A stretch of 62,087 nt of DNA, the filler included, from Basidiobolus ranarum (taxonomy: Eukaryota): assembly GCA_040143965.1 (NCBI GenBank). It is 25 parts of 25 records of this genome, joined end to end, with 100 filler letters (N's around TTAATTAATTAA, not from the genome) between each part and the next. Parts side by side here need not be neighbours in the genome. Positions count along the whole stretch, not along the records: positions 37,380 to 39,764 come from JASJQH010003397.1; positions 39,865 to 42,249 come from JASJQH010003398.1; positions 42,350 to 44,732 come from JASJQH010003399.1; positions 44,833 to 47,214 come from JASJQH010003400.1; positions 47,315 to 49,695 come from JASJQH010003401.1; 20 more parts are not named here. One strand, given 5' to 3'. This document shows positions 37,950 to 49,795 of this stretch, one piece after another. The translations under genes were made by a program, and so were the position numbers. The notes under the pieces are model-generated. The model was not told where the DNA came from and did not search any database. It saw only the letters and a program-made list of their open reading frames with translations. Position 1 is the stretch's first letter; every line of letters starts with the position of its first letter.

Positions 37950-38170
37950 GGGAAAAGTGTGCTCTAACCATATGCGCTCTTACTGGAATGAGCCTATTCT
38001 TAACCTACTTTGGCTAATCGAATGTTCTGATTTTGTACTCTTACTGAATGAGCATGAGCTAATAGGTAGGAAAAGTGCACTCTTACCGAAATGATCATAA
38101 CCCTAACCCACTTTGGCCAATCAAATCGCTAAGATTCTGCACTCTTACCAAAAGAGCAGCCCAGCATAAG
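37950..38170. repeat. Degenerate ~103-bp tandem duplication with recurring CTCTTAC motifs
   Basis: GCGCTCTTACTGGAATGAGC (37974), GTACTCTTACTGAATGAGC (38035), GCACTCTTACCGAAATGATC (38077) and GCACTCTTACCAAAAGAGC (38139). Confidence 0.7.
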
Positions 38171-38494
38171 TGGTAGTACTTAACAATACAAGCACATAAA
38201 TATAATCTGTAAATGAATTAGGAAGTGTTTTATTAATAGGTTAGCAATTCCAGAAAGAGTATACATTCTTCCCATATATGTTGGTTCGATAGTAAGAGTA
38301 ATCTCATTCAGATCGTGGCAGTTGTAGCATATGCATTGTATTGTAAAAGGCTGATTTATTAAAGACAAACTTTCAAACTGTACAAAAAGTAACGTGTGGA
38401 AAATGATTAAATGCAAATGAATGTGGTTAATAGGTCGAGCCAGTGTTATTGGGCCGAAACTCCAATATACATGCTATACTCAGAGAGTGTGTGT

Positions 38495-39764
38495 TTAAAG
38501 CAGCATACCTGCAATAGTAGCACTCATCAAAGTAGACATGGTACCGCACAGCATAGCAGAGAATGCCAGCTCAGCAAGATCCTTTTTGCGAGAAGGTGCC
38601 ATGGCTCCCAAGGCACCAATTTGAATACCAATGGATCCGAAATTGGCAAATCCACAGAGGCAATAAATGCCCAAAGATGCGGTTCGTTCCTGAAGTACAC
38701 CTGAGGTGGTTAGTCTGGCCAGCTCTGCAAATGCTGCGAATTCATTGACGAACATCTTGGTAGCCATCAAGCGAGCAACAGTAAGTAAATCTGCGTTTGG
38801 AATACCCACTAACCACATGAAGGGATAGAATAAATAGCCAACAATAAGCTCAAGGGTAAGGGAGTCTATGTTGAAGAAGTTTCCTAACCAAGTAAGGAAT
38901 GAATTTACCAGGGCTAGAAGGGAAATAAATGATATAACGGTAGCAAGAATCAATAAAGCCAGTTCTATGCCTTGTGCAGCTCCGTTAGAGGCAGCGTGGA
39001 GAAAGTTGGCTTCCTTATCTTCACTCTCGGGAATTCTGACCTTACCCTTGGTAACTGGCTCACCAGTCTCTGGGTAACGAATCTTGGCGATAGCTAGACC
39101 ACAAGGAACTGACATTACACAAGAAGTAATCAATGTTTGGGCATCAACCTTCATCGAAATAAAGGCAACTAAAACAGAGCCGGAAATGGTAGCAAATCCT
39201 GAAGTCATAGCAGAGTGTAATTCACTGCGAGTCATAGTTGCTAAAAATGGAAGAACAAGCAATGAGGATTCACCCATACCAACGAAAGGAGAGGCAGCAG
39301 CAACAACAGACTCGGCACCACTAGTACCCATCAGTCTAACCATCAACCAGGCGAATTTTCGAACAATCCATTGCATACCACCAAGGTAATAAACAACCTT
39401 CACAATGGCAGCGAAGAAAATAACTGCTGGTAAAACTGTGAAGATGAAAATTCCGATGTCAGCAATATCGTCGCTAGTTACAAAAGCTAAGCCAGATTTG
39501 GAGAAATGGAGCAGAGTGGAACACATGTTTGATAACCAGCTGAAAATATCATATCCAACAGATGTCTTGAGAATAAACAAACCAAGAAGAAATTGTAACA
39601 AAACACCAACAACAACTGTTCTCCAGGGAATACTTTTACGATTGTCAGATGTAGCATACAGCAATGTAATGAATACAACGAGGCCAAGGAGTGATCTTAA
39701 TCTGTCTAAGCGACTGCTATGTCCTTCTTGAACAGGAAGAGCAAGAGTAACTGATACAATCAAT
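38495..39764 (-). CDS. Concentrative nucleoside transporter (CNT/SLC28), 5'-truncated
   Basis: WRTVVVGVLLQF, VLPAVIFF, GAESVVAAASPFVG, MTSGFATISGSVL, NEFAAF and LCGFANFGSIGIQIG motifs over 422 open codons. Confidence 0.96.
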
Positions 39765-40594
39765 NNNNNNNNNNNNNNNNNNNNNNNNNNNNNNNNNNNN
39801 NNNNNNNNTTAATTAATTAANNNNNNNNNNNNNNNNNNNNNNNNNNNNNNNNNNNNNNNNNNNNAGTTGATGGAAGAATGTGAATTCATTATTGAATGAA
39901 AGCCCTTCCATGAATCCTCTAATCCAAAAACTCCCCTATTTGTAGACGGTGTTCTTGTTCGCACTATTCGTCCATTCTCTCCGTTGTGATGTAGTGAAGT
40001 CACATTATTATTCAGTGGATTGTGCTCTTCACTTTCCTTCTCTCCCTCTCTCTTTCACCTGATATATTGAATGAATAAAAATGAATAGAAATCCCAATTT
40101 CTTGTGAACGAATATGCATCTAATACTTGGGTAATCACGTGACCCAGGTATTGGTTACTAATGGATACTTGCTGGTGTCCATTCCATAGTTTAATGTTAT
40201 GCCTATTTAGCTAAGAGCAGACGATCTCAACCCACAAGTAGGTCAAGGTCCACTCTACCAGGTACTTCCACTATTCAGAACTAAAGTAGACGGAACTATC
40301 CTCATTGAAACTCCAAGATTTCGATATATTGGTGAAGTTAGATCCCAGAGATCATTTTGTGCGAGGTTTCTAACAATTGAATGGGGGATCCACATACAAA
40401 CCAATTTGAACTAATTTTGTACCATATTCATCCTAAAATTTACACCTGTAGCAATTGGATGGTCTAGACTAGTGGAAGTAGAAATCATCGAAACAAATGA
40501 TTTCCAGATACTTACATGGATTCTTGAGTTTTCCATTACTTTTCAATATCTCCACTTTTATTTCTACTGGGTTTGTTATTATTGTTTTAAAAAT

Positions 40595-40918
40595 ATGCCA
40601 CTCCCGGAGGGAAATATGACCAGTGGTGCACGTTTATTTCGTACTCGTTGTGCCCTATGTCATACTATCGATGTAGGTGGTGGTCATAAAGCAGGGCCAA
40701 ATCTTCATGGTTTATTTGGTAGACGAGCGGGTACTTTCCCCGGTTATACACCCACTCAAGCAGTTATAGATAAGAAAGTCGTCTGGACGGAAGAGACGTT
40801 AGACAAATTCCTTGAAGACCCCAAACAATACATTCCCGGTACGAAGATGATATTTTCTGGCTTCAAAAAGCCCCAATTACGTGCTGATATTATAACTTTC
40901 TTAAAGAAAGTGACCTAA
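40595..40918 (+). CDS. Cytochrome c, divergent, intronless, 107 aa
   Basis: CALCH heme motif, GPNLHGLFGR, W59 and YIPGTKM. The true start is the ATG at 40595, not the ORF-track start at 40472. Confidence 0.93.
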   Translation: MPLPEGNMTSGARLFRTRCALCHTIDVGGGHKAGPNLHGLFGRRAGTFPGYTPTQAVIDKKVVWTEETLDKFLEDPKQYIPGTKMIFSGFKKPQLRADIITFLKKVT

Positions 40919-41407
40919 GAGACCGAACCTTTTACTTGAAACACTAAGTTCAATAGAACTCCAAATATTCATTCCCTCTATTTTCTATTCATGATCAATA
41001 TATAGATATCAATGGTTTTCCTTCAGTTACTTGGTGATATCTCTTAGTCTCAGTACTGAATATATCACTAATGCTCACATGTCATATTTATACCTAAAAA
41101 ATATTTATCCTCACTCTAACTTATCTTTCTATGCATTATCCCGCCCCCGCATCCCTTTTCACTGAAATATCGTCTCGTTCCTCTCGCTCTATCTCGGATC
41201 ACGTGTCCGCGATTAATGTGGAATTTCTGGGTCGATGAATACCCATCAGTGTTCTATTTCTAATATTCTTATGTATCCAGATATGTATTAATATTCGTAT
41301 GAAATCAAGCAACCCTCTCCCATATATTAAGTGAGGAATATTCAGTGATCCCATTTCACTTGGAAATCTAACCAAGGGTTTGTAAATGTATATTCTAGTG
41401 AAATTTA

Positions 41408-42249
41408 TGTTGAAATTAGCATTGCCTAAACACCTATATAGTCATATATAGCTTAGTGCTTAGTTATCTTATATTGAGCTAAGATATTACCCATTATTCT
41501 CATGAGGAATTTACTTCAAATATTGACACCAACTTAGAAGTTCTCAGATATATAGATTTTGATAACTTGTGCTAGAAGCCCCAAACTTTGCACACATGTT
41601 CCTGGGACCTTCCTTAACATATTATACATGTTAGTTTGTTTACATCTTGACAAAACTATAAATGTCAACTGAATACTCAATAAATCAAAAAGTGAAATCC
41701 ACCAATCTCTCTAATTTTCTCCAAACCACTTCCAACAGAAAACAATACAAAACTATCTGAAACCAAAGCTTCACTCCAGATAAAAAAAGAACACAATTTG
41801 TCTTAATGCTGAAGACAAATTGCTAATTCAATGTTCAAGAGCTAAAACTGACAAGAAAGTATGGAAAGCCTTGGAAGACACCTACCAAACATGTTCTGCT
41901 GCCAATAAGATGTTTCTAAGAAGATAATTCTTTAACTTATAGATGAAACCAGGACAAGATATAAAATCACTAATTAATAAAGTCACTATTTTAGTGGATG
42001 AAATGGAATGCATTGGAGTGCCTATAACTGATCAGGATATCATGGTTACAGTCCTGAATAGGCTGTCACATAAGTTTCAAAGCCTTGCAATTGTTGAAAT
42101 TAGCATTGCCTAAGCACCTATATAGTCATATATAGCTTAGTACTTAGTTATCTTATAATTCACTAAGATATTATCAATTATTCTCAATTGGAATTTACTT
42201 TGAATATTTTTACCAACTTAGAAGTTCTCAGATATATAGATTTTTCAAA
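41408..42249 (+). mobile_element. Internally deleted Copia family-A element with a second family-A LTR at 42092
   Basis: LTR starts at 41408 and 42092. The gag between them matches 3780..4125. Confidence 0.88.
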
Positions 42250-42349
42250 NNNNNNNNNNNNNNNNNNNNNNNNNNNNNNNNNNNNNNNNNNNNTTAATTA
42301 ATTAANNNNNNNNNNNNNNNNNNNNNNNNNNNNNNNNNNNNNNNNNNNN

Positions 42350-42388
42350 GTGGCCGCGTCGACCTCGGTTCGATTCCGAGCAATGGCA
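42350..42388 (+). tRNA. tRNA-His(GTG), 3' half (cut by contig edge)
   Basis: GTGGCCG.. anticodon context, T-arm CTCGGTTCGATTCCGAG, 3' end ATGGCA, then a T7 terminator. Confidence 0.75.
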
Positions 42389-42526
42389 TCCTTTTTTTGT
42401 TTTATTTATCTCGCCGGGTTATGCAAGGGTTAAAAAGGGATATATTCCTTGCTACCAATCCTGTTAGCTATATGAACAAGCTCACGTGAAATATTGACTG
42501 TAGCAGGATTAGCATTGATCAACTAA

Positions 42527-42598
42527 GGTTTCGTGGTGTAATGGTTAGCACCCAAGACTCTGAATCTTGTAATCCGAGTTCGATTCTCGGCGAGACCT
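42527..42598 (+). tRNA. tRNA-Gln(CTG)
   Basis: 72 nt; anticodon arm CAAGA-CT-CTG-AA-TCTTG; GTTCGATTC; downstream T tract. Confidence 0.95.
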
Positions 42599-43157
42599 CT
42601 TTTTATACATCAGGGGAGCTTTTATTGGCGTGCACTCTCAATTAGAGGCTAGTTGTCATAGCCTTGTAAATTTCTTGGAATAAGTTCTAGGTATTTTTCT
42701 CAAGGCAAATGGATTCTGTAAGCTGCCTTTATTTTGCATGGTCCAAATAGTCTTCAGTTCTCCCTTTTAGTAGATTCCCATCCAGTCATAACGCAATTCA
42801 CGGACCATTTAGTATGTTTGCGATCCTTGGCTGAACAGCTAAGTTATTAGGAGAAAAGGCCATTGTTCATTAAGGTCGAGTGTTCAATCCGTCCGACTTA
42901 GATCAGGCCTGGCATAAACAAATGCTAGAAAGTAGTTGGGGGTATGCTCAATTTTTCTTTCTTAGAATTAGAGCCTCCCCCTCCCCCAATCGATGAATTT
43001 ATACTTGTCAGGTTCACTAACCCTAATTCCTAAAAAGGCTTGTCTCCATACCTATACGTGCATTTTCTGGGTAATACTAGAAAATGTTTTTGGCAGTATT
43101 CTAGTATTACAACCGGAATAAGTCACAGTACTATTCGATGTAAGCCTCTTCTCCACA

Positions 43158-43349
43158 TTAATGGCGATAATAATGATAGATACGAGTGAGACGATAATCA
43201 TGAGTATGGTCATCAGAGTGAACATAACGTAAACCATAGTGGTGAAGAGGGTTGTAGTGGCCAGCATGATCGTAGATACAAGCCTGGTTTAGGGTTAGGG
43301 TTAGAAGGAAAGCTATCAGCAAACAGTGACGCAGAGAATGGATGATCAT
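43158..43349 (-). CDS. Putative small secreted His/Tyr-rich peptide, 63 aa
   Basis: ATG in AAAACAATCC context. A signal-like MIIHSLRHCLLIAFLLTLTLNQA is followed by 40 aa containing 9 His and 8 Tyr. Confidence 0.5.
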   Translation of the reverse strand: MIIHSLRHCLLIAFLLTLTLNQACIYDHAGHYNPLHHYGLRYVHSDDHTHDYRLTRIYHYYRH

Positions 43350-43653
43350 GGATTGTTTTCGATAGCACTATGCAGTTATATTCACCAAAGATGGGTGCTC
43401 ACTTGGATTCATTTTCTTAGGATACGCACATACTTGATTTATACGTAACATACTGCAAATAGTCATATGCGTATTTTATGGATTCAGCAAGTATCGCATA
43501 GCTTACACACGTTCACTGAGTAAGCAAAACTGCTCACCGGATGGTGAAGATGGGTGGAAAACAGCATATACTTGTATTCTTATAATGGCCCTATTAAAAA
43601 AAATGCCTATCGAGTGTGATTGATAGCAGAAACTCATATTTCTAGGATCAAAA

Positions 43654-43726
43654 TGGTTCCAGTGGGGATCGAACCCACGACCTTCTGCGTGTAAAGCAGA
43701 TGTGATAACCACTACACAATGGAACC
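43654..43726 (-). tRNA. tRNA-Val(TAC)
   Basis: 73 nt; anticodon arm TCTGC-TT-TAC-AC-GCAGA; GGTTCGATCC; acceptor GGTTCCA/TGGAACC. Confidence 0.95.
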
Positions 43727-44060
43727 CGTCTGAGATATACTCTAGTCAGTACATTAGTGGATGCTTTTCTCTTCTAGTCTATCATAAAAAGCCAAACAGA
43801 CGGGCTTATGGGTTGGCCATGAAAACGGCACCTATATGACAGAAGTCTCGGCCATTCGGACGCTCCTGGAACCTAGGTAGACATTGGCAAACTTGGCGGC
43901 AAAATCTGTTTGCTTCTACTAGTAAAATAACTTAAAGCTGGCTTACTATGATATGTATAAGTGAGCAGCCGTTGCTGGATATTTTACCAATCGTTGTTGA
44001 CACAGTGCTAATACTCTCGGAATACTCAGAAAACCATATAATTCATTTTAGAAAAAAAAT

Positions 44061-44142
44061 CGTCGGCCACAGGATTTGAACCTGTGCGGGCAGAGCCCAA
44101 TAGATTTCAAGTCTATCTCCTTAACCACTCGGACAGACCGAC
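44061..44142 (-). tRNA. tRNA-Ser(TGA)
   Basis: 82 nt; anticodon arm ATAGA-CT-TGA-AA-TCTAT; long variable arm GGGCTCTGCCC; G discriminator; T8 terminator. Confidence 0.95.
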
Positions 44143-44548
44143 ACTTAGGTGTTAGATTTTAGAACAGAGGTCATCGAATAATTCTCTCTGAGTTTGTTTG
44201 GGAAGATTTCTAAGTAGGGCGTGGTTATCACTTAACAAGTACTCCAGGATTCACCCTCTTCTGTGACGTCTTTGGTAAAGCAAATAATGACGAGAGGGAG
44301 GAGACGCTCAGAAATTCAGATTTATTGGAACGCTTCACACATGATTTCCATTTGAAATTGAGCATGCATGCAGAGTGCAGTGTCTACACTAGAAGTACAA
44401 CCCACTTGGAGAATATAGAGTAGATGCCACGAGGTATGTCTATTGTATGATCACTCTCTTCATGCCTGGATGGGTAATACTATCCATATATGTACTTGCA
44501 GCTCTCAAAGAAGCTCCGAATGAAATTAGATCATGCCAAAAAATGGTA

Positions 44549-44620
44549 TGCCTGCAGGCGGGTTTGAACCACCGACCTTCAGTTTACAAGACTGACGCAC
44601 TACCACTGTGCTATACAGGC
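44549..44620 (-). tRNA. tRNA-Thr(TGT)
   Basis: 72 nt; anticodon arm TCAGT-CT-TGT-AA-ACTGA; GGTTCAAACC; T6 terminator. Confidence 0.95.
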
Positions 44621-46147
44621 AAATATGCAACGGTTCCGAATTTTGCAAGATTATAGATTAATGTGTCTCTGATTTGCTCTTCTCTGGAGATGTTAATCTG
44701 AAGTGAAGTTGAACCTATTGAAGTATATAGATNNNNNNNNNNNNNNNNNNNNNNNNNNNNNNNNNNNNNNNNNNNNTTAATTAATTAANNNNNNNNNNNN
44801 NNNNNNNNNNNNNNNNNNNNNNNNNNNNNNNNAGTGTTAGTTTTCTGTATTCCCCCAGAAAGTATAAATTCTTTATTTCTGGACAATAAACAATTATCTC
44901 ACAAAGCTATTCACAACTCCACTTTTCTAAAGTTCCTCCCTACAGCCCATATTTTCCAAATACATCCCTCTTTGTATTGTTCCTTGTAGTCCGCAACACC
45001 CCTACTCTTGAACTTGACACAGTATTTTCCCTATTGAGTATATTATGTCTCACCCTGCAATATCTATAAAAGCCCCATGTATTCCTTCATCAGACCTCAG
45101 TCTGATCAATGCTAGTTATCAATAAAGATTCTTTCCAAAGTATCTTCCTTGTCCAGTCTTGTCTTGTCTTGTCTTGTCTTGTGGTCTATACCCAAGTACT
45201 CTCCTGCCTTCTAGCCACTTGTTGTTGTTTCCACTCCTTGTCCAGTTCCTTATTGTGACACTTACTGCATCTGTGTCCTGCTTTAATGCAATATAATTGC
45301 ATTATTGCTTTTCAATCTCAATATACCTACTCTTTAGTGGACTTGTTCTCTGTGATAGTGCCAGATTGTGCTGTATATATCTTATTGGATAAATTATTCT
45401 AAAATTAATGTAGCACAATTTGGCACTCTTCATCACCCTCTGGCATGATTAATTTCAATTACACTTAATCTAATATATTGATCCAAGGTCTGATAAATCC
45501 CGGCACAATGGAACAAGTCCAGTTTGTACATGTGATATCATACAAACCCTTACTGGGTTTTCAAGTTGTTGTCAGCACCATTAGGGTAACATCCATTTTG
45601 GCTATTGAGGGAGAACCATCTCTTTTTCAAAGAGTGTTTTTGCAGTCAATGGTCTGGACAGTGTACCATAAAACCTGTTTCCACAACTATTGGCTTTCTA
45701 AATAATGGGGATTATAAATCTAATTGAATTATCACTAGAAAGCTACATATTGTCAACATCAAGTAAAGCTTCATCAATATTTGAGTCAGTACCTTGCTCT
45801 CCGATGCCTGCCATTTAACAAAATATACCAACAAATGGTTAATGACCAAGTCATCTACTCCTTAAAACTTAGTTCTCTTCCCATTGCCAGGATTTTGCTA
45901 TGCCATCAAACTGGTTTTAAGTTGTGGCCATTTCTTCAACAGTGGTGAAGTATTGAGTTGGTCAACTTGGTGCAGTAAATTGGTTTTGAAGTAACATAAT
46001 AAAGCAAAACTTCAATCCATTCAAATAAGCTATTTGTAGATCTACCAATGATTCTTCCAAATAACAATCTTCAAATCAGCAATTCTCTATGACTGCTCAT
46101 AGCTAAAATACCATCCTCACAAAGTTGCTGTTTGTCAAGCACCAAAC

Positions 46148-47214
46148 TATTGAGAAAATATGGGCTGTTTGGAGGAACTTTAGAAAAGTGGAGTTGTGAA
46201 TAGCTTTGTAAGATAATTATTTATTGTTCAGAATTGAGGCATTTATACATTTTGGTGGAAATACAGAAAACTAACACTGGAGTTGTGTCCAGAACATCTG
46301 CAGGAGTAAAGTGAACTATATTTGGGGTAATTTGGACAGTTTGAAATTCCCAACATGGAATTGTTACTTCTCACAATATTCACATATGTATAATATATGT
46401 TCCAGTTTGCATTGAAGTGATATTTGACTAAGTAATCTTAGCTAGCTTATGTGTGATATAGGAAATAGTTAGGTGTATAAAGAGAGAGATAACAAATATG
46501 ATCAAGATAATAAGTTTCAACACTCCCACTCAACTAAACATTCATATATCTTAATCCTAACTTAAATTTTAATTCTCCAAATTTTGGCTTGGGTAATGGT
46601 TTGGCAAGGATGTCAGCAATCATGTCCCCAATTGGACAGTACTCTAATTGGACATGCTTATTCTCAATAGCTTCCCGACAAAGTGTTGGTGAATATAAAT
46701 GTGATTACTTCTAGCATGAGATTTGGGATTTTTAGCTAAAGTAATACAACTTTGATCATCCTGGATAATTATGGCAAGTGTACTTTGAAAAGTGCCCAAG
46801 TCTTTGAGCAGCTTCTTTAACCACATAGCCTCCTTTGTTGTATGTGATGCTGCCATATACTCTGCTTCAGTTGTTGAAAGTGCTATGTTGGGTTGTTTCT
46901 TGCCATTCCAATATATGACTGCTTCACTATAGAGGAAGATATATCCAGTGATAGCTCTTCTGTCCTCAAAATCAAGTCCCCAATCTACATCACTAAACCC
47001 AATTAGATCCTTATTCTTATAAGTATATGTGTATTTTAATCCCAGATAAATTATCTCCTTCAAATATCTGAAAATTCACTCAACTGCTGCATAATACTCA
47101 GATACTAGGTTTTACATATGTTGGCTCACAGCTCCCACTGCAAAAGAGATATCTGGCTTGGTTCCAGTGATAGCATAGATCACACTACTTACCATTGATT
47201 GATAAGGGAACTCA
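46148..47214 (-). mobile_element. Copia family-D RT/RNase H end, PPT and 3' LTR (46148..46522)
   Basis: GFSDVDW, KKQPNIALSTTEAEY, DDQSCI..NPKSHAR. The PPT AGTTGAGTGGGAG abuts TGTTGAAAC. Confidence 0.9.
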
Positions 47215-47314
47215 NNNNNNNNNNNNNNNNNNNNNNNNNNNNNNNNNNNNNNNNNNNNTTAATTAATTAANNNNNNNNNNNNNNNNNNNNNNNNNNNNNN
47301 NNNNNNNNNNNNNN

Positions 47315-48242
47315 CACCTGGTTGCTAAGATTGGATTGAACTTTCCACTCCTCAATAATCAAAGCTGCTTCCTTTACTGTAAGTGTTATGAGTGGACTAA
47401 TGTTTGCCAATAACAAAGAGTCTGTCACAAAGCCATTGTCTCCTTCTTCACCTTCTTCTATACTACAATCAGTACTGGAATAACAAAGGTCAACATCTAG
47501 CAGCAAGTCCATAAAGTTATCTGGACTTACTGGTTTGACCAAAGTTGCATTTTGACCTTCATCATTCTGGTTATAGAACTGTGGTAACTCCATGGTTTCT
47601 TGACTTTTGGCAGTGTTACCAAAACTTTGAGGCAAACTACAGTCAGTGGACTAAATGGGCAAAAGTAAAGTCAATTTAGTGTCCTTATTATGGTTGTTAT
47701 ACACCAGGCTTTGTGAAGCTGGTGCCTTTGTACAGTGACTGTGCTTGTGATTATTCTTTCTATGAAGCTTCTGGCTTTCATAGCACAAACATTTGTGACA
47801 ATAATAGTAGGGCTTCTTTAAATGTTTGTTTTGCGGCATGAGAACAATATTGTAGAAAAAGAACATCTCCCATGTAAGGGTGGTATTTTAGGTATAGCCC
47901 ATCAATATCATCAACTGATTCTGAGATGGTGTACCAGATTAGTCTTCAGGAGATTTACAAGATATTCCTGCAATGGCATCTGAAAATTTCAATGCCTTTT
48001 AACAGCATTCAAAATCTAAGTCAAAATTGGCTTCTAAGCCAAAGCCTGCTGGCACAAAAGGAAACAAACCAGCAAGAACAGAGGACTTGATTGATAAGCA
48101 GTCTAGTAATCCACTTTCCGCTTTGGAAGGCATTAACATGCCGGAAACTGACTCAAGTAATGATGAAGCATTAATCAATTTACCAGAGGTGTTCCTTTCC
48201 AGCTATAGTGCCAGTGAAGAGATTGTAATCCCCCAATTATAT
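47315..48242 (-). mobile_element. CMC central segment (transposase 5' part and ORF2 5' part) with a small deletion in the inter-ORF spacer
   Basis: Reverse-complement homologue of about 30690..31670. Confidence 0.85.
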
Positions 48243-49695
48243 TGTAATGGGGCAGTATTGCTACCAACTGGCAGGTTGACTTATTTTCACTCCAAGCTCA
48301 TAACATTACTATTGCACAATTTCCATTTTATTATTACATATTTGATGATAGATTGAGTTTTGACCAATCAAAACTTGAGTTTGCTGGAACATTCCATGAC
48401 TTTCTGGATTATTCTACAATCTTCTGGAATGTTCCATGGATTACTAATCTTATGACTTATGATGATATCATAATCGCAGATCCCTACCAATAAAATTTTC
48501 TGGAACTATCCAGAAATTCTCATTACTAATCATATCTACCACAAGAAAGGTATAAATAGGAGCCGTATCTTTTCAAATAAAATCTTCCTGGTTTTCAACT
48601 AACAATTACTACTTGTGATCATCTCTTATTTTCATCACCTCTGTAGTTGTTTTAGGGTGTAAGCAGCAACTATAACTGCAATATCCTTAGGGTTTTGTGA
48701 GGTGTCCAAAAGGTATGATAATCACAGTTGAATAACTCTGGGATGTACTGTAATATGGGTCTGTCTCTTGCCTCTTGTGTCTTTGTGAAAAGGAATCAAG
48801 CCTCTAGAAATGTCTAAGGACTGATAAACCAAAATGTAATGTGCAGCTTTCTGTTGAAAAATATGTGGGCACCTAACAAAAGAATATACTGGCTTCAATG
48901 TCTGGTGAGAATGATCAGATAAAAAGAGTGTATCCAATCAAAAACAACTGTAAACTCAGCCAGCAGGGTCTTGAATGAGGATGCACTAGTAGTGATTTAT
49001 CTAAGCATATGAAAGTTCCTTGCCTATGCAGACAAAGCTAGGGAAAAAAATATAAAGTATCAGAATTATAATACCTACCTGTCCATACTTCCTTTGAGCT
49101 GGTCAAGTCCTTTCTAGTCACATAGTAGCCTGTAACTGCCTCTAGTAGTCTCTCTTGAGCTTCCTCTTCAAAGATCTTATAAGCAGTGATGAAAATAAGA
49201 GGTGATCACAAGTAGTTATTGTTAGTTGAAAACCAGGATGATTTTTATTTGAAAAGATATGGCTCCTATTTATACTTTTCAGGTGGGAGATATGATTACT
49301 AATGAGAATTTCCAGAAAGTTCTAGAGAATTTTATTGGTGGGGATCTGGGGTTATGATATCATCATAAATCATAAGACTAGTAATCCATGAAATATTCCG
49401 GAAGGTTGTAGGATAATCGAGAAAGTCATAGAATGTTCTGGCAAAATCAAGATTTGATTGGTCAAAACTCAATCAATCATCAGATATTTCAAGAATCTTG
49501 TGGAATGTTCTGGAAGATTGTAGAATTTTCCAGAAAAAAATAGGTCTAATGTGGTTTAATACTGATAAATCTGAAATAATAGGGGATAATACTAATAGTG
49601 TGATATGATTGGCTTAAAAATATGGGTAAGTCAAATAAGGATAATAAAATAGAAATTGTGCAATAGTAATGATATGAGCTTGGAGTGGAAATAAG
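48243..49695. mobile_element. Two oppositely oriented copies of an LTR-like repeat (family E)
   Basis: Starts TGTAATGG. About 48278..48640 is the reverse complement of about 49186..49695 (with an indel). TATAAATAGG box at about 48552. Confidence 0.72.
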
Positions 49696-49795
49696 NNNNN
49701 NNNNNNNNNNNNNNNNNNNNNNNNNNNNNNNNNNNNNNNTTAATTAATTAANNNNNNNNNNNNNNNNNNNNNNNNNNNNNNNNNNNNNNNNNNNN

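Noticed and set aside
39865-40003. Minus-strand ORF MTSLHHNG..
   Set aside because: GTG start, an upstream in-frame stop and no recognisable motif.
40472-40594. 41-aa N-terminal extension of cytochrome c
   Set aside because: It comes from a GTG start in T-rich leader sequence; homology begins at the ATG at 40595.
42820-42900. B-box-like GTGTTCAATCC as a sixth tRNA
   Set aside because: I could not fold an acceptor stem or anticodon arm; at most a decayed relic.
43286-43303. TTAGGGTTAGGGTTAG, and CCCTAAC at the transposon ends, as telomeric sequence
   Set aside because: Only about 2.5 internal units (encoding LTLTLN on the minus strand). The transposon ends are explained by the CMCWR terminal consensus.
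38495-44620. Apparent CNT - cytochrome c - tRNA gene cluster
   Set aside because: These lie on three separate contigs that are adjacent only through size sorting.
48278-49695. Long inverted repeat as the TIRs of a foldback or MULE element
   Set aside because: The TG start, TATA box and a large indel between the arms fit two independent LTR-like insertions better.
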